Positions 11,746-26,157 of a stretch of 64,000 nucleotides of DNA are shown one piece after another. Origin of the DNA: Tubiluchus corallicola (taxonomy: Eukaryota; Animalia; Priapulida); contig JAQGDQ010000934.1 of the NCBI GenBank assembly GCA_030141605.1, positions 1 to 64,000 of the forward strand, in the 5' to 3' direction. The stretch's first letter is position 1, and the number at the start of each line of letters is the position of its first letter. Below the pieces are notes generated by a model. That model was not told where the DNA came from. It saw only the letters and a list, made by a program, of their open reading frames with translations, and made no database searches. The position numbers were made by a program, and so were the translations under genes.

Positions 11746-12904
11746 CCTCCACTTACATTCACCTAATTTTAATTCTGCATCAATCCTATTACTCAAAGCA
11801 GAATAACCAGAAGTAAAATATTCCAACCAGATCGCGTTTGGTGGATCAGTCATCCAGACTACTGAGTTCGGTTTACTTCTAGGATTTCGAGATGTGGTTT
11901 CCTTGGAAATTTCCAGAAGACCGCCCGGGTTTGTTTAACCCGACCGTCTGATAAGAAATCGTCTGCAAAGCAGCAAATCATTGGGTACAGATGATATAAG
12001 AGTTTATTTAGTGAATGTGTCCCAGAAAGGCATGGCTTGCGCAATATCTTATCGATCACCACGATCAGCTTTGACGGTGGTAAATAAATATTTTAAAATG
12101 TAAACCACGTGTTCTTGTGTTAAAAAGTTTTACTAAAAAGTATTTTGGATATTATTGTCGTGACGCTAAAGTTGTCGCTGGGGTGTTTTGGGGAGAGCCA
12201 ACAACCGACATTGGCAGGTTTATCAGACTGTTTTTGTAGTTGCGATGTTCGTGTTAAACAGATGAAATCAATGGTTGAAAACATGGTTTAACTTTACGAT
12301 CTGTATTTTACTCAAAATCATAGTCTCATAGTCAATCCACATATACCGGAAAACGGTAAACATAATCAACAGTAGCAAACAAAAGTTAAAGTAAATACAT
12401 CAGCCAATATATCATGGCACCTGAGTCTCAACGTTATTATAACCACACAACTGTTTAAGCCTATTGCTTGTCCTCTAATCTTGCTACCAAGTGTGAAAAA
12501 CTACTACATTCACACAGAAGCCCAGTAACCCAGTTCCATACAAACATATAGCAGTAGCAAGTACATATATATCTTGGAAACTTCCAAGTATACAAACAGA
12601 TGTCAGCACTGACTTAGTGGTAATGAAAAACTAAAGTTTAAAACTACAAATCAAAATTAATAATAAACTGTAAATTAAATGCTCGCATCTGCGACAATTA
12701 TCTAAATAACTTCTAATGACTATCATTTCAGGATGGGTGGTCAACCATTTTTAATTCAGAACGTTCCAAACAAAGCCAATGCTCAATCAGAGTAAGGTTC
12801 TACAGTAGAAATATAAGAATATGAATAAATGTACAGAAAAATAGAATGAATTCAGACAAATGTGGCGCTGACAGAACTGTGTGAAGTTGTAGTTAACAGG
12901 AAAC

Positions 12905-13363
12905 AATTTCAAACTCTTTGCAAATGTTGGCTTAATTGTAGCAGTGCTCGTTCCAAGTAAATTACAGGAGTGGGTGACGAGGGAGTCTATACTACATGAG
13001 CGAGCGTTGAGCGTTTGTGATACATCAGTAATTGTGAACATTAAAGGAAACATTAAAGGAAAACCAGATGATTGTTTAGACTCAATCTCATTTTAATTTA
13101 TTACCCAAAACATAAATTTTGCTGCCTTTAAAAGTTAACAATTGTTTCTTATATTTGAATAATTAGCTTTGAAAGATAATTAACGGCAACCGAACGTTTA
13201 AGGAAATTTGAGTATCCAAGGTAATTACTATTTAATGAAATTTGAGTATCCAAGGTAATTATTATATAATCTAAGCTTTGATTTAAAAAAGCTATTGTAG
13301 TTTTTAAAATTTTAGAGCATTCTTTATTCTGAACTAATGTTTACACAATCATCCGGTTTTCCT
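12905..13363 (+). mobile_element. MITE family A copy 2 (internally deleted; TIRs 13057-13363) with shared 5' extension
   Basis: TTAA|AGGAAAACCAGATGATTGTTTAGAC ... GTTTACACAATCATCCGGTTTTCCT|TTAA. Confidence 0.8.
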
Positions 13364-13676
13364 TTAAAGAAAAGTTACTCGAGGAAAAATTGGATTTATA
13401 AGCAGCAGTTCCGCATGCATCAAGGAATGTGCAGTTTAAAAACATGGCAAGCAGCAGCACAATGAGAAAGTACAAACACAGAGATGAGACGTCCTCAAAG
13501 TATCTGGCACAGAGGTACCTTAGAAGAGGTTCAACGAAACAACAGACTTTGATTGGTGTTCAATTTTTGCTCTGATTCACCACTGTTTCGATCGTGTAAA
13601 AAATTTTATTTTAAATTTGTAACCAACAATTACAAACCTTATGAGAGCTTGTCTTACTTAGGTAAATCAAAGTGTT

Positions 13677-13725
<49 letters not shown>

Positions 13726-13768
13726 GTTAATATATATATGTACACATATGTATACAAATGTTCAGCAT

Positions 13769-13940
13769 CGTTAAAACAAAACGTCGCTAAACAGGGAGTC
13801 GTTAAGCGAGAACTTCTGATATATATTTAGCAAGTCCTCGCTTAACGTCTCCCCGTTTAGCGACGTTTCGCTTTAACGGCGATTTTTTTGACACATTTTT
13901 TCACTTACCGACACAGTTTCGTTTTAACGACGATTTTTTT
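13769..13940. mobile_element. Tigger/pogo-like TIR ends abutting as an inverted pair
   Basis: ~47-bp imperfect palindrome around a TA run; arm GCAAGTCCTCGCTTAACGTC resembles Tigger-type termini. Confidence 0.5.
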
Positions 13941-14419
13941 TCACTGTACAAAAGCGAGTTTTATTTTATTTTCCTAAAAAAACTTTCTTCCCTTAGTTCC
14001 ATAAGTTGACTTCGCGTCACGTGTCAAGTGACATTTCTTATAAATTCATATGCAAACATTGCTGGACTTTATATTACAACAGAGAGCAAATGTTATCATT
14101 AGAGGCGGAAATTTGCTCAGTGAGACAGCAGACAAAATTGTAGGCATTAAAAATCAACAAAATATATATGTTACTAATGATGACATGGGTGAATAAACAA
14201 CATCAAACAGGATGCGTGTACATACATGCTTCTACGTGATATAGAACGTTTCCACAAGCTGACTCGTAGCCCTCATCTTAATAAGGGCACTTTTCTAAAG
14301 AGTTATAAATTTCCTTCCTAAATCTCCACTAAATGCCGTTAGCACGTTCTTTCTATATGGTGTTGTGACGGGTGTGAAACCTCAAAAATGACTGTTTTAT
14401 GTTTTATTATCCTAAAAAT

Positions 14420-14854
<435 letters not shown>

Positions 14855-14976
14855 TGCGTGTGTGTACATTCAGTCCCTAACCGTCCATCAGAGCGGCAGA
14901 CACGGCACTCACTCCTCAAAGAAGAACTTGGCTTCATATACTCCAGCCGCTCACATACTTGAGTATTTAACCTCCC

Positions 14977-15175
14977 ATACTTGGAGCCGCTCCCGGTGCA
15001 GTTCAAACAAAACCCGCGAAACTTCCTATACCTGGAGCCGCCTCCGGTGCAGTTCAAACAAAACCCGCGAAACTTCCTATACCTGGAGCCGCCCCCGGTG
15101 CAGTTCAAACAAAACCCGCGAAACTTCCTATACCTGGAGCCACCCCGGGTGCAGTTCAAACAAAACCCGCGAAAC
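14977..15175. repeat. 51-bp minisatellite x4
   Basis: tacctggagccgcc(t/c)ccggtgcagttcaaacaaaacccgcgaaacttccta. Confidence 0.9.
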
Positions 15176-15399
15176 GCAATCAGCGCCGCAGAAACTCAAA
15201 CTGCAGAGAACAATCGCAGCTCACAGCACGACTTGGCTTCATACGCAGTCGGTTTAGTTACGCGCTTGTTATACACAGAAGCAACATGTTAGTGAACAAA
15301 GTGAATGATGAGCGTGGCTTCAGTAACTGTGTCAGTCAAGCAGATCATGCGTTATTGTTGTGATTCGAGGTGAGAAACCAAATGTCTACGTTCTGCGAG

Positions 15400-15797
15400 A
15401 TCTTAAACTGTGACATTAAAATGTGAAATTTTAAACTGTGATGTTAACAATTGTACGTCGTGTGAAATCTTAAATTGTGACAGTAAAGATCGTACGTCGT
15501 GTGAAATTTTAAGCTGTGATGTTAACAATTGTACGTTGTGTGAAATCTTAAATTGTGACATTAAAGATCGTATGTCGTGTGATATTTTAACCTGTGACAT
15601 TATAAATTGAACGTTGCGTGAAATCTTAAATTGTGACACATTAAAGATCGTACGCCGTGTGATATTTTAAGCTGTGACATTATAAATTGAACGTCGCGTG
15701 AAATCTTAAATTGTGACATTAAAGATCGTACGCCATGTGATATTTTAAGCTGTGACATTATGAATTGAACGTCGCGTGAAATCTTAAACTGTGGCAT
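15400..15797. repeat. 39-bp minisatellite with alternating (dimeric 78-bp) variants
   Basis: gtga(a/t)at(c/t)ttaa..tgtga... units alternate between two subtypes. Confidence 0.85.
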
Positions 15798-16284
15798 TTT
15801 ATACAGTAGATGATAAGAGAATCTGTTCTTAATATCTAAAAAATCACACATGACTAAGCGTGACTAAACGCCTTTGTCACCAGCATCTGAGGATGTTATG
15901 AGAAAATTCGGTTGCAGTTGGACGGATGCAGGTAATTATGCTAATGTGATTAATGAGTGGCTATAATTATGATACGAAGCCACGTAAGAATTAAGAGTAG
16001 GCCGTTTCTGAAAGAGATATCTTCTAGAGAATGTCGAGGACGAGGAAAACTAAAGTAGAAATTATTTAGCTTTTTCCAAGTTGCAGAAGTTAGCTTAACC
16101 TTTTTTTGTATGATGCAGATAAAGACTATTAAGCTTCTCTATATAGTACGTAAATAAACTTGTAGTGTTAAGAAGCCATACAGTGGAAGACTGCCAGATC
16201 AGCAAGTAATAACAGCAAATAAATGATCATTTATGAATAATTTTCTTAACAAGCACGTGTGCTGTGTTGAATGGTACATGACAG

Positions 16285-17712
16285 ACCTTCACCTGTGAAC
16301 CTATTCACACTTGTAACAAGAACAAACTGTAACCTAATCATCACTGTCCGTTTAAGACACCTTCAACTGTGAACATATTCACACTTGTAACAAGAACAAA
16401 ATGTAACCTAATCTTCACTGTCTCTTTAAGACACCTTCAGCTGTGAACCTATTCACACTTGTAACAAGAACCTATTCACACTTGTAACAAGAACAAACTG
16501 TAACCTAATCCTCACTGTCCCTTTAAGACACCTTCAGCTGTGAACCTATTCACACTTGTAACAAGAACCTATTCACACTTGTAACAAGAACAAACTGTAA
16601 CCTAATCCTCACTGTCCCTTTAAGACACCTTCACCTGTGAACCTATTCACACTTGTAACAAGAACAAACTGTAACCTAATCCTCACTGTCCCTTTAAGAC
16701 ACCTTCACCTGTGAACCTATTCACACTCGTAACAAGAACCTATTCACACTTGTAACAAGAACAAACTGTAACCTAGTCCTCACTGTAACGTTAAGACACC
16801 TTCAGCTGTGAACCTATTCACACTTGTAACAAGAACCTATTCAAACTTGTAACAAGAACAAAATGTAACCTAATCCTCACTGTCCCTTTAAGACACCTTC
16901 AGCTGTGAACCTATTCACACTTGTAACAAGAACCTATTCACACTTGTAACAAGAACAAACTGTAACCTAATCCTCACTGTCTGTTTAAGACACCTTCAGC
17001 TGTGAACCTATTCACACTTGTAACAAGAACCTATTCACACTTGTAACAAGAACCTATTCACACTGGTAACAAGAACCTATTCACACTTGTAACAAGAACA
17101 AACTGTAACCTAATCCTCACTCTCCCTTTAAGACACCTTCAGCTGTGAACCTATTCACACTTGTAACAAGAACCTATTCACACTGGTAACAAGAACCTAT
17201 TCACACTTGTAACAAGAACAAACTGTAACCTAATTCTCACTGTCCGTTTAAGACACCTTCACCTGTGAACCTATTCACACTTGTAACAAGAACCTATTCA
17301 CACTTGTAACAAGAACAAACTGTAACCTAGTCCTCACTATCCCTTTAAGACACCTTCAGCTGTGAACCAATTCACACTTGTAACAAGAACCTATTCACAC
17401 TTATAACAAGAACCTATTCACACTTGTAACAACAACCTATTCACACTTGTAACAAGAACAAACTGTAACCTAGTCCTCACTGTCCCTTTAAGACACATTC
17501 AACTGTGAACCTATTCACACTTGTAACAAGAACAAACTGTAACCTAGTCCTCACTGTCCCTTTAAGACACCTTCAGCTGTGAACCTGTTCACACTTGTAA
17601 CAAGAACCTATTCACACTTGTAACAAGAACCTATTCACACTTGTAACAAGAACCTATTCACACTTGTAACAAGAACAAAATGTAACCTAATCCTCACTGT
17701 AACTTTAAGACA
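16285..17712. repeat. Modular satellite: 51-bp module plus 1-4 copies of a 23-bp module
   Basis: aacaaactgtaacctaatcctcactgtccctttaagacaccttcagctgtg + (aacctattcacacttgtaacaag)n. Confidence 0.9.
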
Positions 17713-18331
17713 CACGAAGGTACTTCTGTAGTCGAGTAAAGGTGCGTAATTTTTCCCATATCGAAAAATTGGTGCTATAGGAAGCTCATATTCACATGTG
17801 TACAAATACAGTAGCTTAGTCAACAAAGAGGGTTGATCATTAGGAAATTTCCATGCGCGTTGGCTAAAATGTATCTAATAGAAGGGCAAGGTAAACAGGT
17901 CATTCAATGATGCATAAATCACTTTTGTCACACATAAATGTCTGTAGAATTATTTATGTATGTGTGCGTGTGTCTGAACGCGTGTCTGTGCATTAACAAC
18001 ACCAAATCATAAAGTCAGTTCTAGTGCTCACGAGAGAGGAATTATCCTGTGCTCATGATTCATGAATAACAAGCATTTCTCTAAACGAAACTTGATTATA
18101 CAATTTTAGTTAGTAAATACGTTTTCGTGTGAGAGACTCAGATGTCTGAGGATTCACTTGGTAATAATGTAACTGGCTACAAGTACAAATTCAGTTGTTT
18201 AGCTTACAGCAAGGTCATTTATTACGATTGCAATAAACTAAGCATTAGGGTTTCGCGAAGAGGATCCTTCGTATATTAAACAATTAGATGTCTTTAAATA
18301 ATTAATTAAGATTAGATAATAATAACTTACA

Positions 18332-18968
18332 TTAAATAATAATTACCTTAGATACTCAAATTTCGTTAAACTTTCAAAGCTACGCGCGGCTCAGTGAATC
18401 TACTAAGATTGGCAGCGGTGCCTTTTTGTCACATTCGCGTGGCCGACAAATAGAAGGCGGTACCGTGATAGCCATGATCATGAACTGCAGGGTTAGTTTC
18501 TGACGTCATATGATATAGAGCCCATTTTTGTGACATCACGCGTTTAAACAGTAATACTTACGCAAACGTGCTGGACGCGCAAGGGAAGATGCCTGCGATT
18601 GCATAAACTGTGGTTAGTTTCTGACGTAAGCAATAGCTGTGTTCGGTTGCCGTTAATTAACTTTCTAAGCTAATTATTCAAATATAAGAAACAATTGCTA
18701 ACTTTTAGAGGCAAGAAAATGTATATTTTGGACGGTAAATTAGAATGAGATTGAGTCTAAACAATTGTCCAGTCTTCCTTTAATGTTTCCTTTAATGTTC
18801 ACAATTACTGATGTATCACAAACACTCAACGCTCGCTCATGTAATATAAACTCCCTCGTCACCCACTCCTGTAATTTACTTGGAACGAGCACTGCTACAA
18901 TTACGCCAACCTTGCAAAGAGTTTGAAATGATTTTTCTCCAAGCGGGAGGTAATTTATCGACAAATTT
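18332..18968 (-). mobile_element. MITE family A copy 3 with shared extension
   Basis: Reverse complement of 4786-5225 plus 12905-13056; TTAA at 18780-18783. Confidence 0.75.
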
Positions 18969-19231
18969 TAGTTAGATAAACACTGACGAAGTCTAGAAAT
19001 GACACACTTGGGAAAAATTACAACCTCTCCATGAAAATGTTAATTTGCTTGGCTACACCCAGAGGGCGCAGGATGTAAATGGCACACAAACCTACAGGCA
19101 AAAGTTCACGATGTCATAATGTCTACCTTTACGTTTGACAAGTTGTATAAATTAAAGAACTCATAAGATGAAGTGAGAATTTTATAAATGAGTACCTCTG
19201 AAACTTGAACCAGCACAAATTAGCAGCAAAA

Positions 19232-19682
19232 GAAGCTTGTGGAAATTGTAACTGTATATTTTATGGTGCTGCCATCTATTAGCTAATCCTTTTACATTTT
19301 ACTAGCTAAACTCACCCCTACTATAATTGTATGGTCCAGTGAATATGCATATTCACTGGATCTCTCCCTATTTTACAGTAATGGTTTTTGTGAAGCCAAG
19401 TTTGCATAATTACCTATACATTTATATATACTGACTGGATTTTACTTTCTAGTCACTGTCTCACTCTCAGTGCAGTGCAGCAGTCGTGCTAATCATGCTA
19501 CTGTCTAACTCTCAGTGATCAGTGCAGGACACTCTTGTTCTCAGTGTTCACTGTAGCAGTCATTCTACATATGTGTATGTAGTCTAATAAACGCTTTTGT
19601 GCAGATATGTAGTATAGTGTTTTATTCTTTTTCTACAAAGTGATTCATCTACAACCTCAAACATGACTTTCACAAAGCTTTT
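19232..19682 (-). mobile_element. Dispersed repeat family B copy 2
   Basis: Reverse-complement homology to 10063-10745. Confidence 0.65.
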
Positions 19683-19806
19683 ACTTAGATAGACTGCAGG
19701 AGCCCAGGACTTGGGAAAATCATTTCCAATAGCTAATGATTCTGCAGTGAGCAGGTTCACATTATTAAACTTGAATACGCGTACAATTAGGTCATTTATT
19801 GCTTAA

Positions 19807-20479
19807 AGCACAAGAAAACTCTCCACTTACATAAAGCTTAAAAAAATTCGTCTCGAAATCTTATACTACTTCCATACTACCTTTTTGCATGCAGGGATTG
19901 CGTCGGTAGTAACGCTGTGTAAAACGTGTAAATATAAACTCCGGCGATGATCGTTAGGTGCAGCCATTTTGATGGTAGGTCGTTTGAAACAAGTTTAGAT
20001 AACATTGTGTAAAGTTTGAAAAAATAATCAGAGCATTCGTAGCACACATGTTACTAATTAAGTAAAATTTTAAATTACTGTATCTTGTCAATAAGATTAA
20101 AAATACGCTTTGTGGTTAGTGAGTGGCGCACCCTGGAGGGTGAGTCAGCGACATTTTACTAATTGGCAAAAACATTTTAAATTATTATTTCTACTTACAT
20201 AAGTCTTTCAAGCAGGTAAGTGAAATACTAATCAATATAACTTTTCATGGAAGGTTTTTTGGGACATAATTTAACATTGTCTTTTCTTCCCCTGATTTAC
20301 GTGGCGTAGTGACGTCATGTAATGGCGCCATTGGAACAGTGTCGCGGGAGATTTAAAATGAAAACAAACAAAAATTCCTTTCAACGCGAATACGATTTAT
20401 GCATAAAATTGCTATAGAGTAATATAATTTTTAAGGCGATTTTTCTGAAACCTACTTCAAGTGCCCCTTTTCTTGTCCT
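19807..20479 (+). mobile_element. TTAA-target MITE family C (Kolobok-like), copy 1
   Basis: TTAA|AGCACAAGAAAA...TTTTCTTGTCCT|TTAA; full inverted copy at 62992-63674. Confidence 0.85.
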
Positions 20480-21769
20480 TTAAACCAATAGATGAGCCAT
20501 AAGAGCGGTTGTATAGATTCACTTCTGGTATGATCACTAAATGCCAGATAATAATGATCTGTTGAAGTTGTATGTTACTAACTGTAAAATATTCCAATGT
20601 ATACATGACTTTATATTACGTACTAAACACTTCCAGTAGTTTCTATGTGATATAAAATGCATCAGTCTTAAATAATCGTACATTAATATTTACTAACCGT
20701 CATTTTCTACTAATGTCTAATGTATCACTGTAGTAAAACTTTAGTATACTAAAAACTAAGTATAGTCTATTCTTACTGTAAATGTTCTTGTAAATAGTGT
20801 ATAAAGTCTGTGGTGGTGAGGATCCTAAATCATGTTGTTCAAACTGTCTGATCCAATCCTAAATAAATTACGTTTAAACTAATGTCAGATAAACCTTGCA
20901 TACTGTCTAACAAACAATTAGTGAAACTAAACGCTACTCTAACTCAAAAGCCCAGGTCAAAGTTTTGGTCACGTGTTTATCCAGCTATAGTTCAATGCAT
21001 GTCAACGCTCAAACCGACTTGCACAGACAAGAGCTATGCAATTAATGAGTGAAGTATATTATTAAATTAAAACACTGCACAGACTGTATAATGAAAAATG
21101 ATGTCACTAATAATCCCCTGTTAACACAGCCGTGTAAATCATTTTAATAGCAGTTTGCACGAGTCAACAAAACTAATGAATTTTGATTTATAAACGCGCA
21201 ATGAAAAAGTTAATTACGAATTAGAATTTGCAGTGTCTACGTTAAAGAGGCACTACCTACTACCATCTGCAAAAGATACTGCAAAACTGACAGAAGTCAG
21301 TGCACGTTTAATAAGAATTTGACAGAAGCCATTATTTTATACAGGTCAATAGGACAATTTTAATTCCTGAACTCATTTTGTTAAACATTTTTGTTTCGTA
21401 AATAAACTAGTTTTTTAATTCAGTTTTATTAAGATTATAAGAAAATCTGGCATAAGCATAATGCATTAACATCTGAGCACTAAAAAGTCTCACTTCTTTC
21501 ATTTAGGAGTGATAAACTGTTAAACTGATACCAGGAGGCACGTGGCTGTATATAGTTTTCATTTCTCTACTAAGTTATTGATTTTTCGTCAATGCTATTA
21601 AAACAGCCTTCTACAGCACAAAAGACTCTGCAATCAAAATCACATTTTCGTATCCAAAATTCCATTCCAGCAACACAATAAAGAGGACCAGTTAAACTAA
21701 GTTAAAAGCATTGGATTATGATAGATAATTATGTTGATGAATGCTGGTATGAAGCCAGTTAAGGAGTGG

Positions 21770-22310
21770 TGTCACGTGAGTAAGTGATTCAGAATCGAGG
21801 CGTCGAAGCTCCCCGCACGATATATAAGCCTTGTGATGCGCCCAGCTGGGGGAATTAGACTGAGTCTGGGAGCCGGAGCAGAGAGGGTAAGATCAGAGGC
21901 TTGGCATTGCTAATTGTTATATCTATTGTGTTTGATGTTTAATAAACGTGTAGTTTTATCATCAGACTCTTCATAGTTTTTTTGCCATTCCTAAAACACC
22001 AATAATCAGCTCAGCTCAGGGGATTGAGTCTGGGAGCTGAAGGAGAGCAGGCTAGATCAGGGGATTGAGTCTGGGAGCTGAAGGAGAGCAAGCTAGACCA
22101 GGGGATTGAGTCTGGGAGCTGAAGGAGAGCAAGCTAGACCAGGGGATTGAGTCTGGGAGCTGAAGGAGAGCAAGCTAGATCAGGGGGCTTGGCGTTACTA
22201 TCTGTTGTATTTATTGTGTTTGATGTTCAATAAATGTGTAGTTTTATCATCAGACTCTTCATAGTTTTGCCATTCCTAAAACACCAATAATCAGCTACAC
22301 ACAACTAATA
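21770..22310 (+). mobile_element. Solo-LTR-like sequence with internal partial tandem duplication
   Basis: Starts TGTCACG; TATATAA at ~21821; AATAAA at ~21941 and ~22229; the 3' half is duplicated around 41-bp tandem units. No TSD found. Confidence 0.4.
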
Positions 22311-23046
22311 CAACGCATTATTTTTACTAACACTATTGCCACACTTTACTCATCCGTCATCCTTTATCTACATCTGCCTCTAGATGTCTGAGGAAGAGGA
22401 AAATCTGGATCTAGGAATCACCAAGTCCCAGAATTTGACCATGTGTCTACCAGGCGGGATTTTTTTTTATCAGAACAGCATGTGAAACGGCATAAACACG
22501 CATGCGGTCGAGGTAATTTATGTTGCGGAACTTTGACAAGACAAAATTCGTAAACAAGCCGACCCAAGACGATGTTTCCCTGCAGCCAATCACAACCGTA
22601 TAACCTTTACTGCGACACCCGTAAACAAGGGTATAATAATTTACACTCCAACAGGCATGTTCGCCCTCTGGCGGGCATTTGAATTCATGAGTTGGAAGAG
22701 ATGGAGGATCGGTCTCCTTTTACTTCTAGCAGCTGTGAAGAACTTTTATAGTTAGAGGATGATCGCCATCACTGCTGTTACCCCCCCCATCACGGATTCA
22801 GCACCTCTTGTCGTAATACCTCTATTGGAATCGTCGTCTCTTCGCGTTTTGCCGTCCTCATATTCAAGATACTCATGCGAAGGTGGTACGGTGCGTGGTC
22901 AAATGGTCTAAACCATCTGCATTCAATAACTTTTGGGATTGCTTGCATAAAAGTCGTGTAGACATTGTACACATGTTGAACACATTTTTAAATTTATCTA
23001 AGCCACTCATCAGTGTACGTAACTGCCCTAGGTAAATTTTGGGTCC

Positions 23047-23209
23047 GTATATATATATATACATATACACATACATATACATAAATATACATACATATGT
23101 ATGTGTATGTGTATGTGTATGTGCATATGTACGTATCTGTATATATATATATGTACATATATATATGTATATACACACGTACATATACATATACATACAT
23201 ACATATACA

Positions 23210-23250
<41 letters not shown>

Positions 23251-23270
23251 GTTTTTGTATATGTATATAA
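23047..23270. repeat. (TA)/(TACA) microsatellite
   Basis: Seen directly. Confidence 0.9.
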
Positions 23271-23555
23271 AATAACACTTCGAGTAAGATTAAAATAACT
23301 ATTTAAGCCAAAATTTAGTTTAACAAATGCAGGTTACGACATTATCATTTTTAGACACGCAATCGTGATCAACTTGTAATTCAATTCAACTGTGATTTGT
23401 TACTTATCATTACAGGTACAATGCGGCATATAGTGATACATGATCAAGTACTGCTTGTTCCTAAGCTAGATATTAACTAACATAGTCTGTTAATGATTTT
23501 ACACTTATGTTCTTAATAAGAACTCGATAATAGGTTTCGTTAGTAGTCAGGCGTC

Positions 23556-26157
23556 TGCTGATACGACACTATGTTACCCTGTCCATCTCTCCAAATCCTG
23601 ATGCCTCATGCTGATACGACACTATGTTACCCTGTCCATGTCCCCAAATCCTGATGCCTCATGCTGATACGACACTATGTTACCCTGTCCATCTCTCCAA
23701 ATCCTGATGCCTCATGCTGATACGACACTATGTTACCCTGTCCATGTCTCCAAATCCTGATGCCTCATGTTGATACGACACAATGTTACCCTGTCCATGT
23801 CTCCAAATCCTGATGCCTCATGCTGATACGACACAATGTTACCCTGTCCATCTCTCCAAATCCTGATGCCTCATGTTGATACGACACTATGTTGCCCTGT
23901 CCATCTCTCCAAATCCTGATGCCTCATGCTGATACGACACAATGTTACCCTGTCCATGTCTCCAAATCCTGATGCCTCATGCTGATACGACACAATGTTA
24001 CCCTGTCCATGTCTCCAAATCCTGATGCCTCATGCTGATACGACACTATGTTACCCTGTCCATCTCTCCAAATCCTGATGCCTCATGCTGATACGACACT
24101 ATGTTACCCTGTCCATGTCTCCAAATCCTGATGCCTCATGTTGATACGACAATATGTTACCCTGTCCATCTCCCCAAATCCTGATGCCTCATGCTGATAC
24201 GACACAATGTTACCCTGTCCATGTCTCCAAATCCTGATGCCTCATGCTGATACGACACTATGTTACCCTGTCCATCTCTCCAAATCCTGATGCCTCATGC
24301 TGATACGACACTATGTTACCCTGTCCATCTCTCCAAATCCTGATGCCTCATGTTGATACGACACAATGTTACCCTGTCCATGTCTCCAAATCCTGATGCC
24401 TCATGTTGATACGACACAATGTTACCCTGTCCATCTCTCCAAATCCTGATGCCTCATGTTGATACGACAATATGTTACCCTGTCCATCTCCCCAAATCCT
24501 GATGCCTCATGCTGATACGACACAATGTTACCCTGTCCATGTCTCCAAATCCTGATGCCTCATGCTGATACGACACTATGTTACCCTGTCCATCTCTCCA
24601 AATCCTGATGCCTCATGCTGATACGACACTATGTTACCCTGTCCATCTCTCCAAATCCTGATGCCTCATGTTGATACGACACAATGTTACCCTGTCCATG
24701 TCTCCAAATCCTGATGCCTCATGTTGATACGACACAATGTTACCCTGTCCATCTCTCCAAATCCTGATGCCTCATGTTGATACGACACAATGTTACCCTG
24801 TCCATGTCTCCAAATCCTGATGCCTCATGCTGATACGACACAATGTTACCCTGTCCATCTCCCCAAATCCTGATGCCTCATGTTGATACGACACAATGTT
24901 ACCCTGTCCATCTCTCCAAATCCTGATGCCTCATGTTGATATGACACAATGTTACCCTGTCCATGTCTCCAAATCCTGATGCCTCATGTTGATACGACAC
25001 TATGTTACCCTGTCCATCTCCCCAAATCCTGATGCCTCATGCTGATACGACACAATGTTACCCTGTCCATCTCTCCAAATCCTGATGCCTCATGTTGATA
25101 CGACACTATGTTACCCTGTCCATCTCTCCAAATCCTGATGCCTCATGCTGATACGACACAATGTTACCCTGTCCATGTCTCCAAATCCTGATGCCTCATG
25201 TTGATACGACACAATGTTACCCTGTCCATCTCTCCAAATCCTGATGCCTCATGCTGATACGACAATATGTTACCCTGTCCATCTCTCCAAATCCTGATGC
25301 CTCATGCTGATACGACACTATGTTACCCTGTCCATCTCTCCAAATCCTGATGCCTCATGTTGATACGACACAATGTTACCCTGTCCATGTCTCCAAATCC
25401 TGATGCCTCATGTTGATACGACACAATGTTACCCTGTCCATGTCTCCAAATCCTGATGCCTCATGCTGATACGACAATATGTTACCCTGTCCATCTCTCC
25501 AAATCCTGATGCCTCATGCTGATACGACACAATGTTACCCTGTCCATGTCTCCAAATCCTGATGCCTCATGCTGATACGACACTATGTTACCCTGTCCAT
25601 GTCTCCAAATCCTGATGCCTCATGCTGATACGACACAATGTTACCCTGTCCATGTCTCCAAATCCTGATGCCTCATGTTGATACGACACTATGTTACCCT
25701 GTCCAAATCTCCAAATCCTGATGCCTCATGCTGATACGACACTATGTTACCCTGTCCATGTCTCCAAATCCTGATGCCTCATGCTGATACGACACAATGT
25801 TACCCTGTCCATCTCTCCAAATCCTGATGCCTCATGCTGATACGACACTATGTTACCCTGTCCATGTCTCCAAATCCTGATGCATCATGCTGATACGACA
25901 CAATGTTACCCTGTCCATGTCTCCAAATCCTGATGCCTCATGTTGATACGACACTATGTTACCCTGTCCAAATCTCCAAATCCTGATGCCTCATGCTGAT
26001 ACGACACTATGTTACCCTGTCCATGTCTCCAAATCCTGATGCCTCATGCTGATACGACACAATGTTACCCTGTCCATCTCTCCAAATCCTGATGCCTTGT
26101 GTTGATACGACACAATGTTACCCTGTCCATGTCTCCAAATCCTGATGCCTCATGTTG
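23556..26157. repeat. 53-bp satellite, ~49 units
   Basis: ctgatacgacac(t/a)atgttaccctgtccat(c/g)tctccaaatcctgatgcctcatg. Confidence 0.95.

Noticed and set aside
11859-12220. Possible degenerate THAP/transposase fragment on the minus strand
   Set aside because: Only a vague W..IR....ICxxF pattern containing stops; insufficient evidence.
18981-19010. CTGACGAAGTC...GAC hammerhead-like start
   Set aside because: Lacks the GAAA core after the hairpin.
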